Assembly: GCA_951406725.2 (NCBI GenBank)
Contig: OX597827.1
Location: 57,288,001 to 57,352,000, forward strand
Length of the DNA: 64,000 nt
Direction of reading: 5' to 3'
From: Octopus vulgaris
Taxonomy: Eukaryota
Under the pieces are notes generated by a model, which saw nothing but the letters and a program-made list of their open reading frames with translations, made no database searches and was not told the origin of the DNA. Positions within the stretch are counted from its first letter, which is position 1. Every line of letters begins with the position of its first letter. Below are positions 42,165-56,365 of this stretch, piece by piece. The translations under genes were made by a program, and so were the position numbers.

Positions 42165-42507
42165 CCTCACTCTCCCTCACTCTCCCTCTCTCTTTCTCTT
42201 CTTTTCTTTGATCTATATAGTTTCTTTATTGTTGTTTTCTTTTAATATTTGTATGTTGTTATTGTAGGTGATAATGTCTTTCAACGGCGGTTGCGATGGT
42301 GATAGGGATATATCTAATCTGGCCTCAATTATCTGTTTAAAACCATATGGAGCATGTGCCGCAATTGAGAAAGACATGAACATCACAACTTCGCATTTCC
42401 TTTCACAATAATTACCAAGTTTCGCATTTTTGTCTATTTCTTTCTTTTTTCTTTTTTCTGGTTTTTAAAAATATTTTGTTCTTTTTTATCCTTTTAATGA
42501 GGAAGAT

Positions 42508-43114
42508 AGGCGCAGGCGTGGATGTGTGGTAAGAAGCTTGCTTCCCAACCACATGGTTCTGGTTTCAGTCCACCCTTGGCAAGTGTCTTCTACTATAGCC
42601 TTAGGCCGACCAAAGCCTTGTGAGTGGATTTGGTAGACGGAAAATGAAAGAAGCCCATCCTATATATACATATATATGTATATATTTATATGTGTGTATG
42701 TGTGTGTGTGTGTTTCTCCTTCCGCCATCCATCGCTTGACAACCGATGCTGGTCTGTTTATGTCCGTAACTTAACGGTTCGGTCAAAAAGACCGAAAGAA
42801 TAAGTACTAGGTTTAAAAAGAATAGGTCCTGGGATCTATTTCTTCGACTAAAACCCCTTAAGGCGGTGCTCCAGCATGGCCGTGGTCAAATGACTGAAAC
42901 AAGTAAAAGAATAAAAGAATAAAAGAAAAGATATTTAGGTGCAGGAGTCGTTGTGTGGTAAGCAGCATGCTTACCAACCACATGGTCATGGGTTCAGTCC
43001 CACTGCGTGGCACCTTGGGCAAGTGTCTTCTACTATAGCCTCGTACCGACCAAAGCCTTGTGAGTGGATTTGGTAGACGGAAGAAATCCCGTTGTATATG
43101 TATGTGTGTGTGTA

Positions 43115-43178
<64 letters not shown>

Positions 43179-43370
43179 TGTCCCTCCAGCATCGCTTGAC
43201 AACCGATGCTGGTGTGTTTACGTCCCCATAACTTAGTGGTTCGGCAAAAGAGACCGATAGAATAAGTACTAGGCTTACAAAGAATAAGGGTCGATTTGCT
43301 CGACTAAAGGCGGTGCTCCTGCATGGCCGCAGTCAGATGACTGAAAGAAGTAAAAGAATAAAAAAAGAAT
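42508..43370 (+). mobile_element. Two tandem SINE family A copies
   Basis: Heads at ~42508 and ~42936, each with microsatellite and tail. Confidence 0.88.
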
Positions 43371-44006
43371 GTGTAGTAAGATTAGGATTTTGCTGAACGG
43401 ACATTAGTGGTATCAGTGATTATGTAACATTTTAGCCAGTACGTAGGATTTAGCCGCTTTGTACGGTGACAGATTAGCGTCCAGTTTCTTTAAATGCAAC
43501 GTGCCTTCGACTACAGCAAACACACGCACATAAAATGGCCACCCTAAGCAGTCCGGTCACCTCGCAAACCTCACGTCATTCCACTACCGGACATGTATTT
43601 CTTCTACTGTCCTTCCTCTTCCGATATACCTACTGCTATTGTTGATGTTGATGATGAGTCCGCAGGCTAACCTTGTCCCAGTAGACCTCTGATCCAAGAT
43701 ACGCTACCCATGACCATCCCGTCTTTTGCCTATATGTAGGGGAAACCAGTAGCATATTATCCAACGTGATCAATTCTAAGACTATAGAAGCGATATGAGG
43801 GAATTTGGCTTCTATTACCAACAAACTCAATGACCACATAAAGACTGCTCGTTGGCTTGGCCGAGATATTTGTAGGCTCTGTTTGTTATTACATAAGAAA
43901 GAGAAAAAAAGACGGATACAGCCTAAGCGTGACAAGTACTGTTTAGCACGTATTTCACGTGATGCACATCACATCATCTTGATGTTACCGCTATATTTGT
44001 AAGGAG

Positions 44007-44460
44007 AAGAGCGGTACACTGCATTACAATACTCTAACTCCTAAAGGCGGCGAGCTGGCAGAAACGTTAGCACGCCGGGTGAAATGCTTAGCGGTATTTC
44101 GTCTGCCTATACGTTCTGAGTTCAAATTCCGCCGAGGTCGACTTTGCCTTTCATCCTTTCGAGGTCGATAAATTAAGTACCAGTTACGCATTGGGGTCCA
44201 TATAATCGACTTAATCCGTTTGTCTGTCCTTGTTTGTCCTCTCTATGTTTAGCCCCTTGTGGGTAGTAAAGAAATAGGTATTTCGTCTGTCTTTACGTTC
44301 TGAGTTCAAATTCCGCCGAGGTCGACGTTGCCTTTCATCGTTTCGGGGTCGATTAAATAAGTACCAGTTACGCACTGGGGTCAATCTAATCGACTTAATC
44401 CGTTAGTCTGTCCTTCTTCGTCCCCTCTGTGTTTAGCCCCTTGTGAGTACTAAAGAAATA
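44007..44460 (+). mobile_element. SINE family C with duplicated body and a 36-nt 5' extension
   Basis: 17-bp TSD gctatatttgtaaggag at 43990-44006 and 44461-44477. Confidence 0.88.
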
Positions 44461-45159
44461 GCTATATTTGTAAGGAGCTCAATGACCACGTGAATACACG
44501 CTCGTTACCTTGGCCGAAATGTTTGTAGGCTGCGCTTGTTATTACATCAGAGGGAATGAGGAAATTTGGATTCAGTCAGAGCGTGACAGCCACAGTTTAG
44601 CTTTTTATCTCACGTTATGCTCATTCCAACATCTTGATGTTAACGAATTATTTGTATGTTTGTACTATTTTCATGTTTGAAAATATTATATTGTTATATT
44701 ATATATTGTATTATTGTATTATATATTTTATCATTTTCATGTTTGCATGGATTGAGTTGGAGAAATTGTATTCTTCTGATGATGTTTCAGTAATTTTTCT
44801 GGGTTGTTGTTTGTGGGTATAGGTATTTGGATGTGATGAAACATATTTTAAGGGCTGAAGGGAGTTGTTGCATGCTCTGATGGTCTTTAATGTCGAGGTT
44901 TTTCATTTGTTTTGTTGTGTATATTAATTTAAGGCTGAGGTGTATATTCGCGTATTAAGCCGTATTTGCAACCAAATAGAAATATGAAATGCGTGATATA
45001 TAATCTGATGCCGTTTGGGATAACGAAGCTGAATGATACGCTATCGTATGTTTTTTTTCTTTTTTATTCATTGAAATGGAATTGGGCAATATTGATAGGC
45101 AGACAGGCAGACAAACAGATAGGCAGAGAGACAGGCAGACACATAGACAGATGGATGGG

Positions 45160-45445
<286 letters not shown>

Positions 45446-45527
45446 TAGGTTGGTAGGTAGGTAGATGGACATACAGACTGACAAATATAGACATGAATAT
45501 AAACAGAGGTACAAAAAAAACTTACAG

Positions 45528-46274
45528 CAGGAGTTCTCAACCATTTTTTATCTATGGATCCCTTTGATTGCTATTTTATTCTGGTGAACCCTCGTAAACA
45601 TTCGATGTTTAAAAACTAGTTTTATAGAATGTTATTTATTAACTTTTTCACATATAAACTAGGCGCAGGAGTGGCTGTGTGGTAAGTAGCTTGCTTACCA
45701 ACCACATGGTTCTGAGTTCAGTCCCACTGCGTGGCACCTTGGGCATGTGTCTTCTACTATAGCCTCGGGCCGACCAAAGCCTTGTGAATGTATTTGGTAG
45801 ACGGAAACTGAAAGAAGCCCGTCGTATATATGTATATGTATATAAATATGTGTGTGTATTTGTGTGTCTGTGTTTGTCCCCCCAACATCGCTTGACAACC
45901 GATGCTGGTGTGTTTACGTCCCCGTAACTTAGCGGTTCGGCAAAGAGACCGATAGAATAAGTAGTAGGCTTACAAAGAATAAGTCCTGGGGTCGATTTGC
46001 TCGACTAAAGGCGGTGCTCCAGCATGGCCACAGTCAAATGACTGAAACAAGTGAAAGAGAGTAAACGAGAGTAGGTTGAACTACGTAAAATGTTAGAGAA
46101 AGGAACCTAGCTGTTTCTTGCAATACATACCAAAACCTATGTCTAAAGCAAAATTTTTCCAGGGGCCTTTAAGATACTCTTGTGGAACCCCGGTTTAATA
46201 TTTTGTTGTGTGTCCCCACCAAAGATCTGATGTGGACCTTCAAGGGCCATATGGATCCCGGTCGAGAACCACTG
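45528..46274. mobile_element. hAT MITE (same family as 861-1201) interrupted by SINE A at 45661-~46072
   Basis: TIRs caggagttctcaacc / ggtcgagaaccactg; TSD acttacag / tcttacag. Confidence 0.85.
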
Positions 46275-46346
46275 TCTTACAGACTCGGTTCCGAGATACT
46301 ACATATGATACTAAGGACAACTGTAAACGGAGGGATGAAAAGTTTA

Positions 46347-46561
46347 AATGGTTGTATACTGTCAATCTAACGTGAACGTGACAGTAGGGGATTACACCAC
46401 CGCTGTTTAGCCCTAGAAAACATCGACGCTTCCTGATGGCTTCGACACAGGAAAAAAATGTGTCGAAGCCATCAGGAAGCGTCGATGCTTCCTAGGGCTA
46501 AACAGCGGTGGTGTAATCCCCTACTGTCACGTTCACGTTAGATTGACAGTATACAACCATT
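46347..46561. repeat. Near-perfect hairpin, 103-bp arms and 9-nt loop
   Basis: 46347-46449 vs 46459-46561, two mismatches. Confidence 0.93.
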
Positions 46562-46696
46562 CTATCGCCCCACCACCGCACATATCACTATGAGATATTT
46601 AGAAATTTGATATTTCTGAAAAGATTAATTTTTTCAGAAATTGGAGATCACTTTCTCAAAATAGATGTGATCTCGAAAAATATTTTTAAAATAATA

Positions 46697-47091
46697 CTAG
46701 CAGTATCGCCCGACGTTGCTCGGGTTTGTAAGGGAAATAACTATAAAGCATTTTTAGAGAGTTATAGCAAAAAAACAGCAAAAAATGCATTAAAAATGGA
46801 AAAAAAATCATGGTAAATTTTTTTTTAAATCGTTGACTCATCGTAGACATTTTTAGAGAGTTACTTCCCTTTATTTAAAAATATGCTTTAAAATGGAAAA
46901 AAATTATGGTAAATTATTTTTAAAATCGTAGACTCATCGTAGACGCGCGCTAATACCCAGAAGGACTCGATATGAATTACAACTATAAGATACCCGGTTT
47001 TGGTTAAACTGTACCGCAAAATGTGGGAGTAGTTAGGAATCTAAATCGTAGGAGACAGACACTCACACAACTTCACTTTTATATATATAGA
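46697..47091 (-). mobile_element. Non-autonomous Helitron
   Basis: 5' TC, 3' hairpin cccgagcaacgtcggg followed by CTAG, inserted between A and T; contains an internal tandem repeat. Confidence 0.85.
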
Positions 47092-47527
47092 TATCCAGTA
47101 ATAATTTATTTGACTGAATTTATTATAATGAATTCAGCAACTTAAACAGGACTGACAATAAATGATAGATGTAACAGTTTGTTTATTGGTGTTATAATCT
47201 CTGTACGTTGGCCAAATGGGGTATCTTTTATCTTTTGCTGTCATTAGACAGCAGCCATACTGGGGCACCGTCTTAAAGAATTTTTAGTGAATTGATCCCA
47301 GTATTTATTATTGTTTTTGTTTTTTTTTAAGCCGAGAGTTACTTATTCTATCGTCCTCTTTGGCCGAACCGCTAAGTTATGAGGACGTAAATACACCAAC
47401 ACCGGTTATCAAGCGGTGGTGGGGGACAAACACAGGCACGCACACGCACACACACGCGCACTCCAGCACACATAAATACGCACATATATAATGATATATA
47501 TGTATGTATATATGAATGATATATATG

Positions 47528-47567
<40 letters not shown>

Positions 47568-47856
47568 TATGCATGTGTATATATATATATATGACGTGTT
47601 TCTTTCGGTTTTCGTCAGCCAAATTCACTCTCAAGACTTTGGTCGGGGCGAGGCTTTTGTTGAAGACACTTGCCCAAGCTGCTATACAGTGGACTGAACT
47701 CGGGACCAAGTGACTGGAAAGCAAGCTTCTTACCATACAATTACGCCTATGTTCTTAGAATGTTTTTCTTTTTCTTTCTTATGCGGTCTTCATTTTCCTG
47801 ACTTTGTCCTATCGATTTTCCTTTCTCTCTCTCTCTCTCTCTCTTCCCCCTTCCGT

Positions 47857-47934
<78 letters not shown>

Positions 47935-48419
47935 CTCTGTGTGAGTAGAATAGTTATACTGTTAGTGATTAGAGTGGTTACATCTGATGTTCTTCAATGA
48001 CACTAGCAAAGAAAAAATAAACTAGAGACTTTCGTACACTGGTACATATAGTTTGTTTTTATTGATCGACTCTATAGAGAATCACACTCATGGTACGACT
48101 GTCTGGTGAACGGCGAGAAGAGGACACTTTGATGATATTCAACGTAGAAAACTGTTGCCGTTGCTTAACATAAGGTCATACTTGATAGAGTAAACGTGAT
48201 GAAAACGAACATTGATCAAAGCCATTTCAGCCGTGACTATAGAAAGGACTCAATACCTTTGACGCAACACATTTGGCCTTTGTACAGGAAATTTAATCAT
48301 GTTTCAGGGCGAATTGTTATTTACGTGCGACATATACACCTTCCTATATCTTAAGTACCGTACCACGATTATATATAAATGAGTGTGTGTGTGAATGTAC
48401 AAATATATACATATATGTG

Positions 48420-48466
<47 letters not shown>

Positions 48467-49099
48467 CAGGAGTGGCTGTGTGGTAAGTAGCTTGCTTACC
48501 AACCACATGGTTCCTTGTTCAGTCCCACTGCGTGGCACCTTGGGCAAGTATCTTCTACTATAGCCTCGGGCCAACCAAAGCTTAATCTCGTGCCAACGAG
48601 ATTAAACAAAAACACATAACAACCCCACTAACACTATCCATAATATTCTTTTCTACTCTAGGCACAAGGCCCAAAAATTTGGGGGAGAGGCCAGTCGATT
48701 AGATCGACCCCCAGTACGCAAATGGTACTTAATTTATCGACCCCGAAAGGATCAAAAGCAAAGTCGACCTCGGCGGAATTTGAACTCAGAACGTAAAGAC
48801 AGACGAAATGCTGCTAAACGTTTCGGCCGGATTGCTAACGTTTCTGCCAGCTCACCTCCTTAAACTCTCTATAATATTACAATAGAAAAAAACTCTCCTT
48901 TGCGACTACGATATGGTTCTCTGTAGTTTGAGATTTCGGTAACCAAAATTGACGAGGAACGATCCCGCTCAAGCACACTCTTTTGACTTCATGTATCTGC
49001 ACAATGTTTAACTTGAAGGCAACAATCCACGATCTTTTACTCGTTCATTGGTCTTTCACTGAATCGTCAGCTTATTTGAGAGTAACTCATTCCTTGGAA

Positions 49100-49370
49100 G
49101 GTAACATCCTACTAATTCCCAACCAGCATAGTTTCTGAAATGGCAAGTACAGCATAACACAGCTCTTGCGTCACTTTGATGACGTTCTAAAGAGAGCAGG
49201 ACCATCTTAACTGGTCCTGCTCTCTTTAACGTCCTACCAAGACACATAGGAGAAGAAAAATGCCTCATAGTGTTGAAACGGGTTCTGGAGGGAGATCTCC
49301 AAATTTCAGGTAAACCACATACGCCCGGATATATCTCTGCAAGCAACAACTATTTACCTGTATAAACTAT
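49100..49370 (+). pseudogene. CR1-group LINE ORF2 C-terminal fragment
   Basis: TGPALFNVLPRHIGEEKCLIVLKRVLEGDLQISGKPHTPGY resembles the GP.LFN.LP....FK..LD..L....D.P tail motif. Confidence 0.6.
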
Positions 49371-49476
49371 GGTGCCCCCAAAATGATTATAATATGTCTT
49401 TTCCAGGTGGCCTGGACCATTTCTAAGCAAAACTTAACTAAGTATTACGTATACATATATATACAGACAGACAAAG

Positions 49477-49539
<63 letters not shown>

Positions 49540-49559
49540 CACATACATACATACATACA

Positions 49560-49593
<34 letters not shown>

Positions 49594-49915
49594 GATAGAT
49601 GCAAAAAGTGATTATGTATACAAGTATCTACACACACAGACACACATACATATGTATGTATGGAAGTATGTATGTATGTATGTATGTATGTATGTATGTA
49701 TGTATGTATGTATGTATGTATGTATGTATGTATGTATGTATTATGTATGTATGTACGTATGTATGTATGTGAATGAAACTTTAGAGAAAGACAATATCGA
49801 TATAAATATTCATGCATGTATATGAAAATATATTTATGTAAATGTATGTGTGTATATATACATACACACACACACACATATATATGCATATATACACATA
49901 TGTGTGTGTGTTTGT

Positions 49916-49997
<82 letters not shown>

Positions 49998-51041
49998 GTA
50001 TGTTTGACAGTAATTATGCGTGAAAAAACCAGGCGTTTCAAATAACGAATCGCGCATAATCAAGCGACGACACACATATACATACAAAACAATGTCACGT
50101 TACGCCGTTGAAGACATTTGATAAATTCTGAATTATTCTCTATATACGATGACAATACTTTTCTTAATACGACACAATTACATTAATTCGATGACGTCTA
50201 GTCGTTAGGGTGCCATAGTCTTGTAGGAAAGTGATATTATTTTTCACCGCTTGTTTAATTTTCAATATCTGATTACGCATATTTATATATGCACAACAAT
50301 ATATGCCCATATACATATACATATATATACATACGTACACATACACACACACTTCATTGTGTAGCATGTCCTGTACCTTGTTATTCTGTTGTAAATAATG
50401 TTTTTCCCGTTTTCGTTCTCGTCCTGTTCCGTTTTCGTTTCTGTTGAGTTTTACGTCTTTTTGTGGTGTCCTGTACGTATATATATTTATATATGCATGT
50501 ATATATACATGTAGATGTCGGTACGTACATATATGTTTGTATGTATGCATATATTTTATTTATTACACTATTGTCTGACAGCGCTTCGCGTCGAGTTCGT
50601 TCGAATTTTCGCTTCGTTCCGTTTCTTATCCTCCCAATATTGTTTTATAATATAATTATGACGCGAAATTCTCTCCCTTTGCTTTACCTTCCCCTCTCTC
50701 TCTCCCTCTTCCTCATCCTTCTCTCAGCCGCGTGTCTTTCCTCTATCTATCTATCTCTCTCTCTCACTCCTCCTCACTTTCGTCACTGCTAATCCTTTTG
50801 CACGTTGCTTTCAGGCCGTAAGGTCATGTTTCCATGCGCTCGCCAGTACCTCTTCCGTCCCAGCCAGAACAAAGGTCTTTCGTTTGTTTTCTTGTTTATT
50901 TTGATTTCTCGTATTGTATTTTATTTCTCGTTTTGTATTTTCTTGTACATGTATTTTTATCTTGTATTTTATTGTGCAGTTCTATTGTTACGTCCCGTTT
51001 GTGTTTCTATTTCTCTCTCTCTCTCTCTTTCTCACTTTATG

Positions 51042-51073
<32 letters not shown>

Positions 51074-51468
51074 CACGACGGGCTTCTTTCAGTTTCCGTC
51101 TACCAAATCCACTCACAAGGCTTTGGACTACTCAATATTTCAGTAGAGGCTTCTTTTGTACCCCTGATAACTTTAGGTAAGTGGTTGAATTGTTGAAGAC
51201 CTGTATCAGACTGGTACAATAGAGTGGTTTTTATTCGCGATTTCAAGGGTGGTATATTTGGAAGCTGACAGTAGATACACAACAAACACATTTGTGTGTG
51301 TGGTTGTGTGCTAAGAAGCTTATTTCCCAACCACATGGTTCTGGGAACAATCGCCTTGCGTGGTGCCTTGAGCAAGTGTCTTCTACGATAGCCTCGGGTC
51401 CGCCAAAGCCTTGTGAATGGATTGGGTAGACGGAAACTAAAAGAAGCCCTTTGTGTGTGTGTTTGTAC

Positions 51469-51502
<34 letters not shown>

Positions 51503-51509
51503 ATGTGTG

Positions 51510-51685
51510 TACCGTTGGCGATTTTTTCCCTCTGTCTTCCCTTCTCCTATGTTTCCGACGAAGAGCTCCGCTCGAAACGTTAAATCCTCCTTCTTTCCTT
51601 CTTTCCTGTGCGTCCAATAATACTATATTTGTTCCACGTCCTCGCATTGTCGTGTTTTTTTTGTGCTTTCTTGTTTGGATTAACT
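51510..51685 (+). mobile_element. Penelope-like terminal fragment with hammerhead-like motif (CCGACGA core)
   Basis: ttt CCGACGA a gagc tcc gctc GAAAC GTT aaa at 51552-51584; nested in a SINE A microsatellite. Confidence 0.6.
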
Positions 51686-51690
51686 ATATA

Positions 51691-51758
<68 letters not shown>

Positions 51759-52110
51759 TATAGATATAGATATGTGTGTGTGTGTCTATGTTTGTTCCTA
51801 CCACTGCTTGATAACCTGTGTTGATGTGTTTACACGTCTCCGTAATCTAGCGGTTCGGCAAAACTGATCGATAGGAAAGGTACCAAGCTTAAAATTCTTC
51901 AATGTTCTGTCCCAGCATACCCGCAGTCTAATAAATGAAACAAGTAAAAGAAGATACAAATATTACAGGCATCCCCCCACACACACACACATTAAATAAA
52001 CATAGACGCACATAGAGATAGAAGCATGCGCAAATGAAGACATACAATAGAAATGCAAAATGGCTGACGGTTAGTAAGGAGAGACACAAATAAGAAAGAA
52101 GAAAACAAAG

Positions 52111-52154
52111 GACCACTGATGCGGTCACAGGAGTGTGACGAAAGAACTCTGGCC
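52111..52154 (+). ncRNA. Minimal hammerhead ribozyme motif, paralog of 7473-7516
   Basis: cca CTGATGC g gtcaca ggag tgtgac GAAA gaac TC tgg (one core substitution). Confidence 0.55.
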
Positions 52155-52375
52155 GAAATAAGATTAAGATTAATGTAAAAAATAAATAACACTGAAGAAA
52201 AATAACACTGAAGTAAAGTAACATCAAATATATAGTGCGTGTGTTTTTATTGGCTAAACTGGCAAAATGACCATTCCGAAATATAACAATATCTGTTTCA
52301 ACACACGACTTCACATAAAAAATCTTGCACAACAAATATATAAAAGATATATACATACATACATACATACATACA

Positions 52376-52409
<34 letters not shown>

Positions 52410-52422
52410 CATACACATACAA

Positions 52423-52478
<56 letters not shown>

Positions 52479-53166
52479 CATTAACGAAATAACTATGTAA
52501 ATAATGACACATAAATGGACCGATAAGATACTGAATTCCGATGATATCTTAACAAATTAAGCGATACAATCAACTGAAATCAAATACGTCTACTATAAAA
52601 GATGCAATCATGCATAACAATAATACTTCACATCCTGATGATGCGACTGTGAAAGTCTAGTAACGTTGACCATTGATTTAGGAAACTTATTGCGCCAAAC
52701 AAACAGCAAGGGATTAATAGAACTTAAATAAACAATAACAAAACCGGTCTGTCAACAGGCCTACTGGTTCAGATGTTTGGCCAACGACCATAATGACAAA
52801 GGTTCAATTCTTGGACCGACCGCGCATCGTGTTCTGTTCTAGAGAGAAGCATTGCCTTTCACAGTGCTTTAGTTTATTCTGCTGCAGTAAGTGACAGATG
52901 GTTGTCGGTGACGATCCACTCTCTCTGACTATTGCATCATAATGTTCCTCTCAGACAAGAGTGAGGGGTTTGAGAACTATGTCTGCATGTAACTACATAG
53001 AAAACATAAGGCAATAAGCCAAAGTACGGTGCACGATCTTATCTTATTCGCTGACTAGTTTTACACGCATACACACATGTATATTCATACATACACATAT
53101 ACAAGCGCACATACGAGTACGTATATATGTGTGTGTGTGTGTGTGTGTATACATACACACACACAC

Positions 53167-53257
<91 letters not shown>

Positions 53258-53539
53258 TTATTATTTGAGGGAATAAAATCCAAACTTACAAGGAAAAAGA
53301 TATAGATATAGATATGTGTGTGTGTGTGTCTATGTTTGTTCCTACCACTGCTTGATAACGGTGTTGATGTGTCTACCTATTATATACATTATATTATTTT
53401 TGTAGTTTACTTAATCTTCCCTTTTTATTGTTATTTTAATTTTAACTTTTCTATTATATGTAATTTTCTAGATAGTGTAATTTAATTATTCATTTTGAAT
53501 TGATAAAAGGTGGGTTTATATATATATATATATATATAT

Positions 53540-53945
53540 ACTCTTTTACTCTTTTACTTGTTTCAGTCATTTGACTATGGCCATGCTGGAGCACCGTCTT
53601 TAGTGAAGCAAATCGTCCCCGGACTTATTCTTTGTAAGCCTAGTACTTATTATATCGGTCTCTTTTGCCGAACCGCTAAGTTACGGGGACGTAAACACAC
53701 CAGCATCGGTTGTCAACGATGTTGGGGGACAAACACAGGCACAAACATATATACACACACATACATACAAATATATATATATACATATATACGACGGGCT
53801 TCTTTCAGTTTCCGTCTACCAAATCCACTCGCAAGGCTTTGGTCAGTCCGAGGCTATCGTAGAAGACACCTGCTCAAGGTACCACGCAGTGGGACCAAAC
53901 CCAGAACCATAGTGGAAGACCACTTGCTCAACGTGCCACGCAGGC
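53540..53945 (-). mobile_element. SINE family A
   Basis: Reverse complement of tail and body. Confidence 0.85.
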
Positions 53946-54495
53946 TGTAGAGAGTCGTGCTATTCTCAAGATTTGCAGTAAGGAGTAGAGGACCAGAGGA
54001 TACTGTTATAATTCATAATCAGCTTTAAATACAACACCAGCTTTAGAAATTTTACTGCGGTTAAGACCTGGTAGATATCATAATTTTGCTTGTAGTGTAG
54101 CTGTCTGTTGTGTTTTAGATATATGTGTTGCTATTGCGAAGGTTTCCATACTTATTCGTATTTTGTGCTTGCTTGTGTGGGGAGATGGGGGTGGAAATCT
54201 TTTTAAATTGTAGTGCTTATTAATTTTCCTATCTACTTCTATTTCGTGTTCTGTATTTTAATGAGATGCAATGCATCCTTGTAGTATGTATGTACGTATG
54301 TATGTATATATGTATGTATTTATGTATGTATGTATGTATGTATGTATTATGTATGTATATGCATATATATACATATATATATATTATATATATGTATATA
54401 TGAATATGCATACATATATATGTATGTATATTTCATATATATGTATATAATATATAGATATGAATATATGAATATGCATATATATATGTGTGAGT

Positions 54496-54534
<39 letters not shown>

Positions 54535-54543
54535 GTATATGTG

Positions 54544-54574
<31 letters not shown>

Positions 54575-54767
54575 GTATGTATTTATGTATATATATGTAT
54601 ATATAAATATACTTATGAGTATATATATATATACATACATACAAATATGTGTGTGTGCGTATACATAGTAATTGTGTTTGTGCATATATATGTATAATTC
54701 TATATGCAAATATTTTATATATATATATATTGAATGTATATATAGTAGGAATATAGGTATGAATATT

Positions 54768-54798
<31 letters not shown>

Positions 54799-55125
54799 GT
54801 ACATAGGTGTATGTATATGGCTATGTATACATATATATAAATATGTATGGGTGTATGAAAGTATATGTACATCTAAGCATGTGTATAAAGGAATATTGAA
54901 ATTTGCTTCATGAAATGCAATTTGTGTAAACGAGATAAAGGCTTGCAAAACCTTTGAGCAACGCAGGTGACAAGTTAAGCCAAGTATGTGTGATGTCAAT
55001 GAATGAAAAGTGGAGAGACCTTGTATTACCTTACATGTTTTATGCAATGACGCCATAATATTATGGGGAAAATTCCCCTGTTTGTCTAGAAGAAAGAAAA
55101 TAATGGTCGTTACAATGACGGCAAG

Positions 55126-55477
55126 TATTGGGTTGTCCGGAAAGTTCATGCCGATTTATAGTAGCTTACATTTCGACTTATTTTAGAACATGGTTGAGTC
55201 CATAAAATAGGATTTGACTACACCTCCATTTAAAGCAGTTTAAGCTATCTTTTCGTGGAAGAAGGTTTATGTTCCTATAACCTGTGTTAATTCTGTAACC
55301 CTTTAAAATGGAAGATAAGAAAGTTCATTTTCGGCACTTGATGCTTTGGGAACCAGACAAAAATTGCTGCAGCTCGACTGGGATGTGTTACCCCACCCTC
55401 CATATTCACCAGATATTGCTCCTTCGGATTTCCACTTATTCAGGTCTCTGCAGAAATTGAGGTCTCTGCAGAAATTG
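55126..55477 (+). mobile_element. Internally deleted mariner element
   Basis: TA plus TIR ttgggttgtccggaaagttc; ATG 55308 MEDKKVHFRHLMLW joined to RQKLLQLDWDVLPHPPYSPDIAPSDFHLFRSLQ (YSPDLAPSD motif). Confidence 0.9.
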
Positions 55478-55553
55478 AAAGAAGCTTGTCGTATATATAC
55501 ATACATACATAAATACATACATACATACATACATACATACATACATACATACA

Positions 55554-55617
<64 letters not shown>

Positions 55618-56204
55618 CATGTATGTATATATCCGACGGGTTTCTTTCAATTTCCGTCTACCAAATCCACTCACAAGGCTTTGGTCGGCCCGAGGCTATA
55701 GTAGAAGACACTTTCCCAAGGTGCCCTACAGTGGGAATGAGCCCTGAACCATGTGGTTCGTAAGCAAGCTACTTACCACACAGCCACTCCTGCACCTATT
55801 ATGTTCAATAAATTAGAATTATTTTCTCATATTATTCTTTCCGGGTATGAATTATATGAAAATAAACTAACTGTATCTTGGTTAATTAATATTGGTTTCA
55901 AATTTTGGTACAACGCCGGCAATTTCGAGGAAGGGATAAGTCGATTACATCGATTCCCAGTACTCAGTTGGTACTTTTTTTATTGACCTCGAAAAGGATG
56001 AAAGGCAAAGTCGAGACCATGGAAGAATTTGAACTCACTACGTAAAGATGGACGAAATGCCGCTAAGCATTTTGCCCGGTGTGCTAACGATTCTGCTTTC
56101 TCACCGCCCTTCTTGGGTAATTCATTTTAACAATTTTTTAAAAATTGTTAAAGGGATTTTGTATCTGCATCCTGCATAAAGGGGATTATATTTTTTACTT
56201 TTAT

Positions 56205-56365
56205 ACTACACTCTCGGAGTGGTTGGCGTTAGGAAGGGCATCCAGCTGTAGAAACTCTGCCAGGTCAAGATTGGAGCCTGGTGCAGCCATCTGGTTTGCC
56301 AGTCCTTAGTCAAATTCGTCCAACCAATGCTAGCATTGAAAGCGGACGTTAAACGATGATAATGA
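56205..56365 (+). mobile_element. Retroposon 3' fragment with (GAT)n-like tail
   Basis: ggttggcgttaggaagggcatccagctgtagaaac ... gacgttaaacgatgataatga. Confidence 0.5.

Noticed and set aside
51755-53378. ~75-bp direct duplication (51755-51835 vs 53298-53378)
   Set aside because: Local copy of a SINE A tail segment with no evident function.
55346-55747. 133-aa ORF as a functional transposase
   Set aside because: Only about 35 residues are mariner-derived; the rest is microsatellite and SINE.
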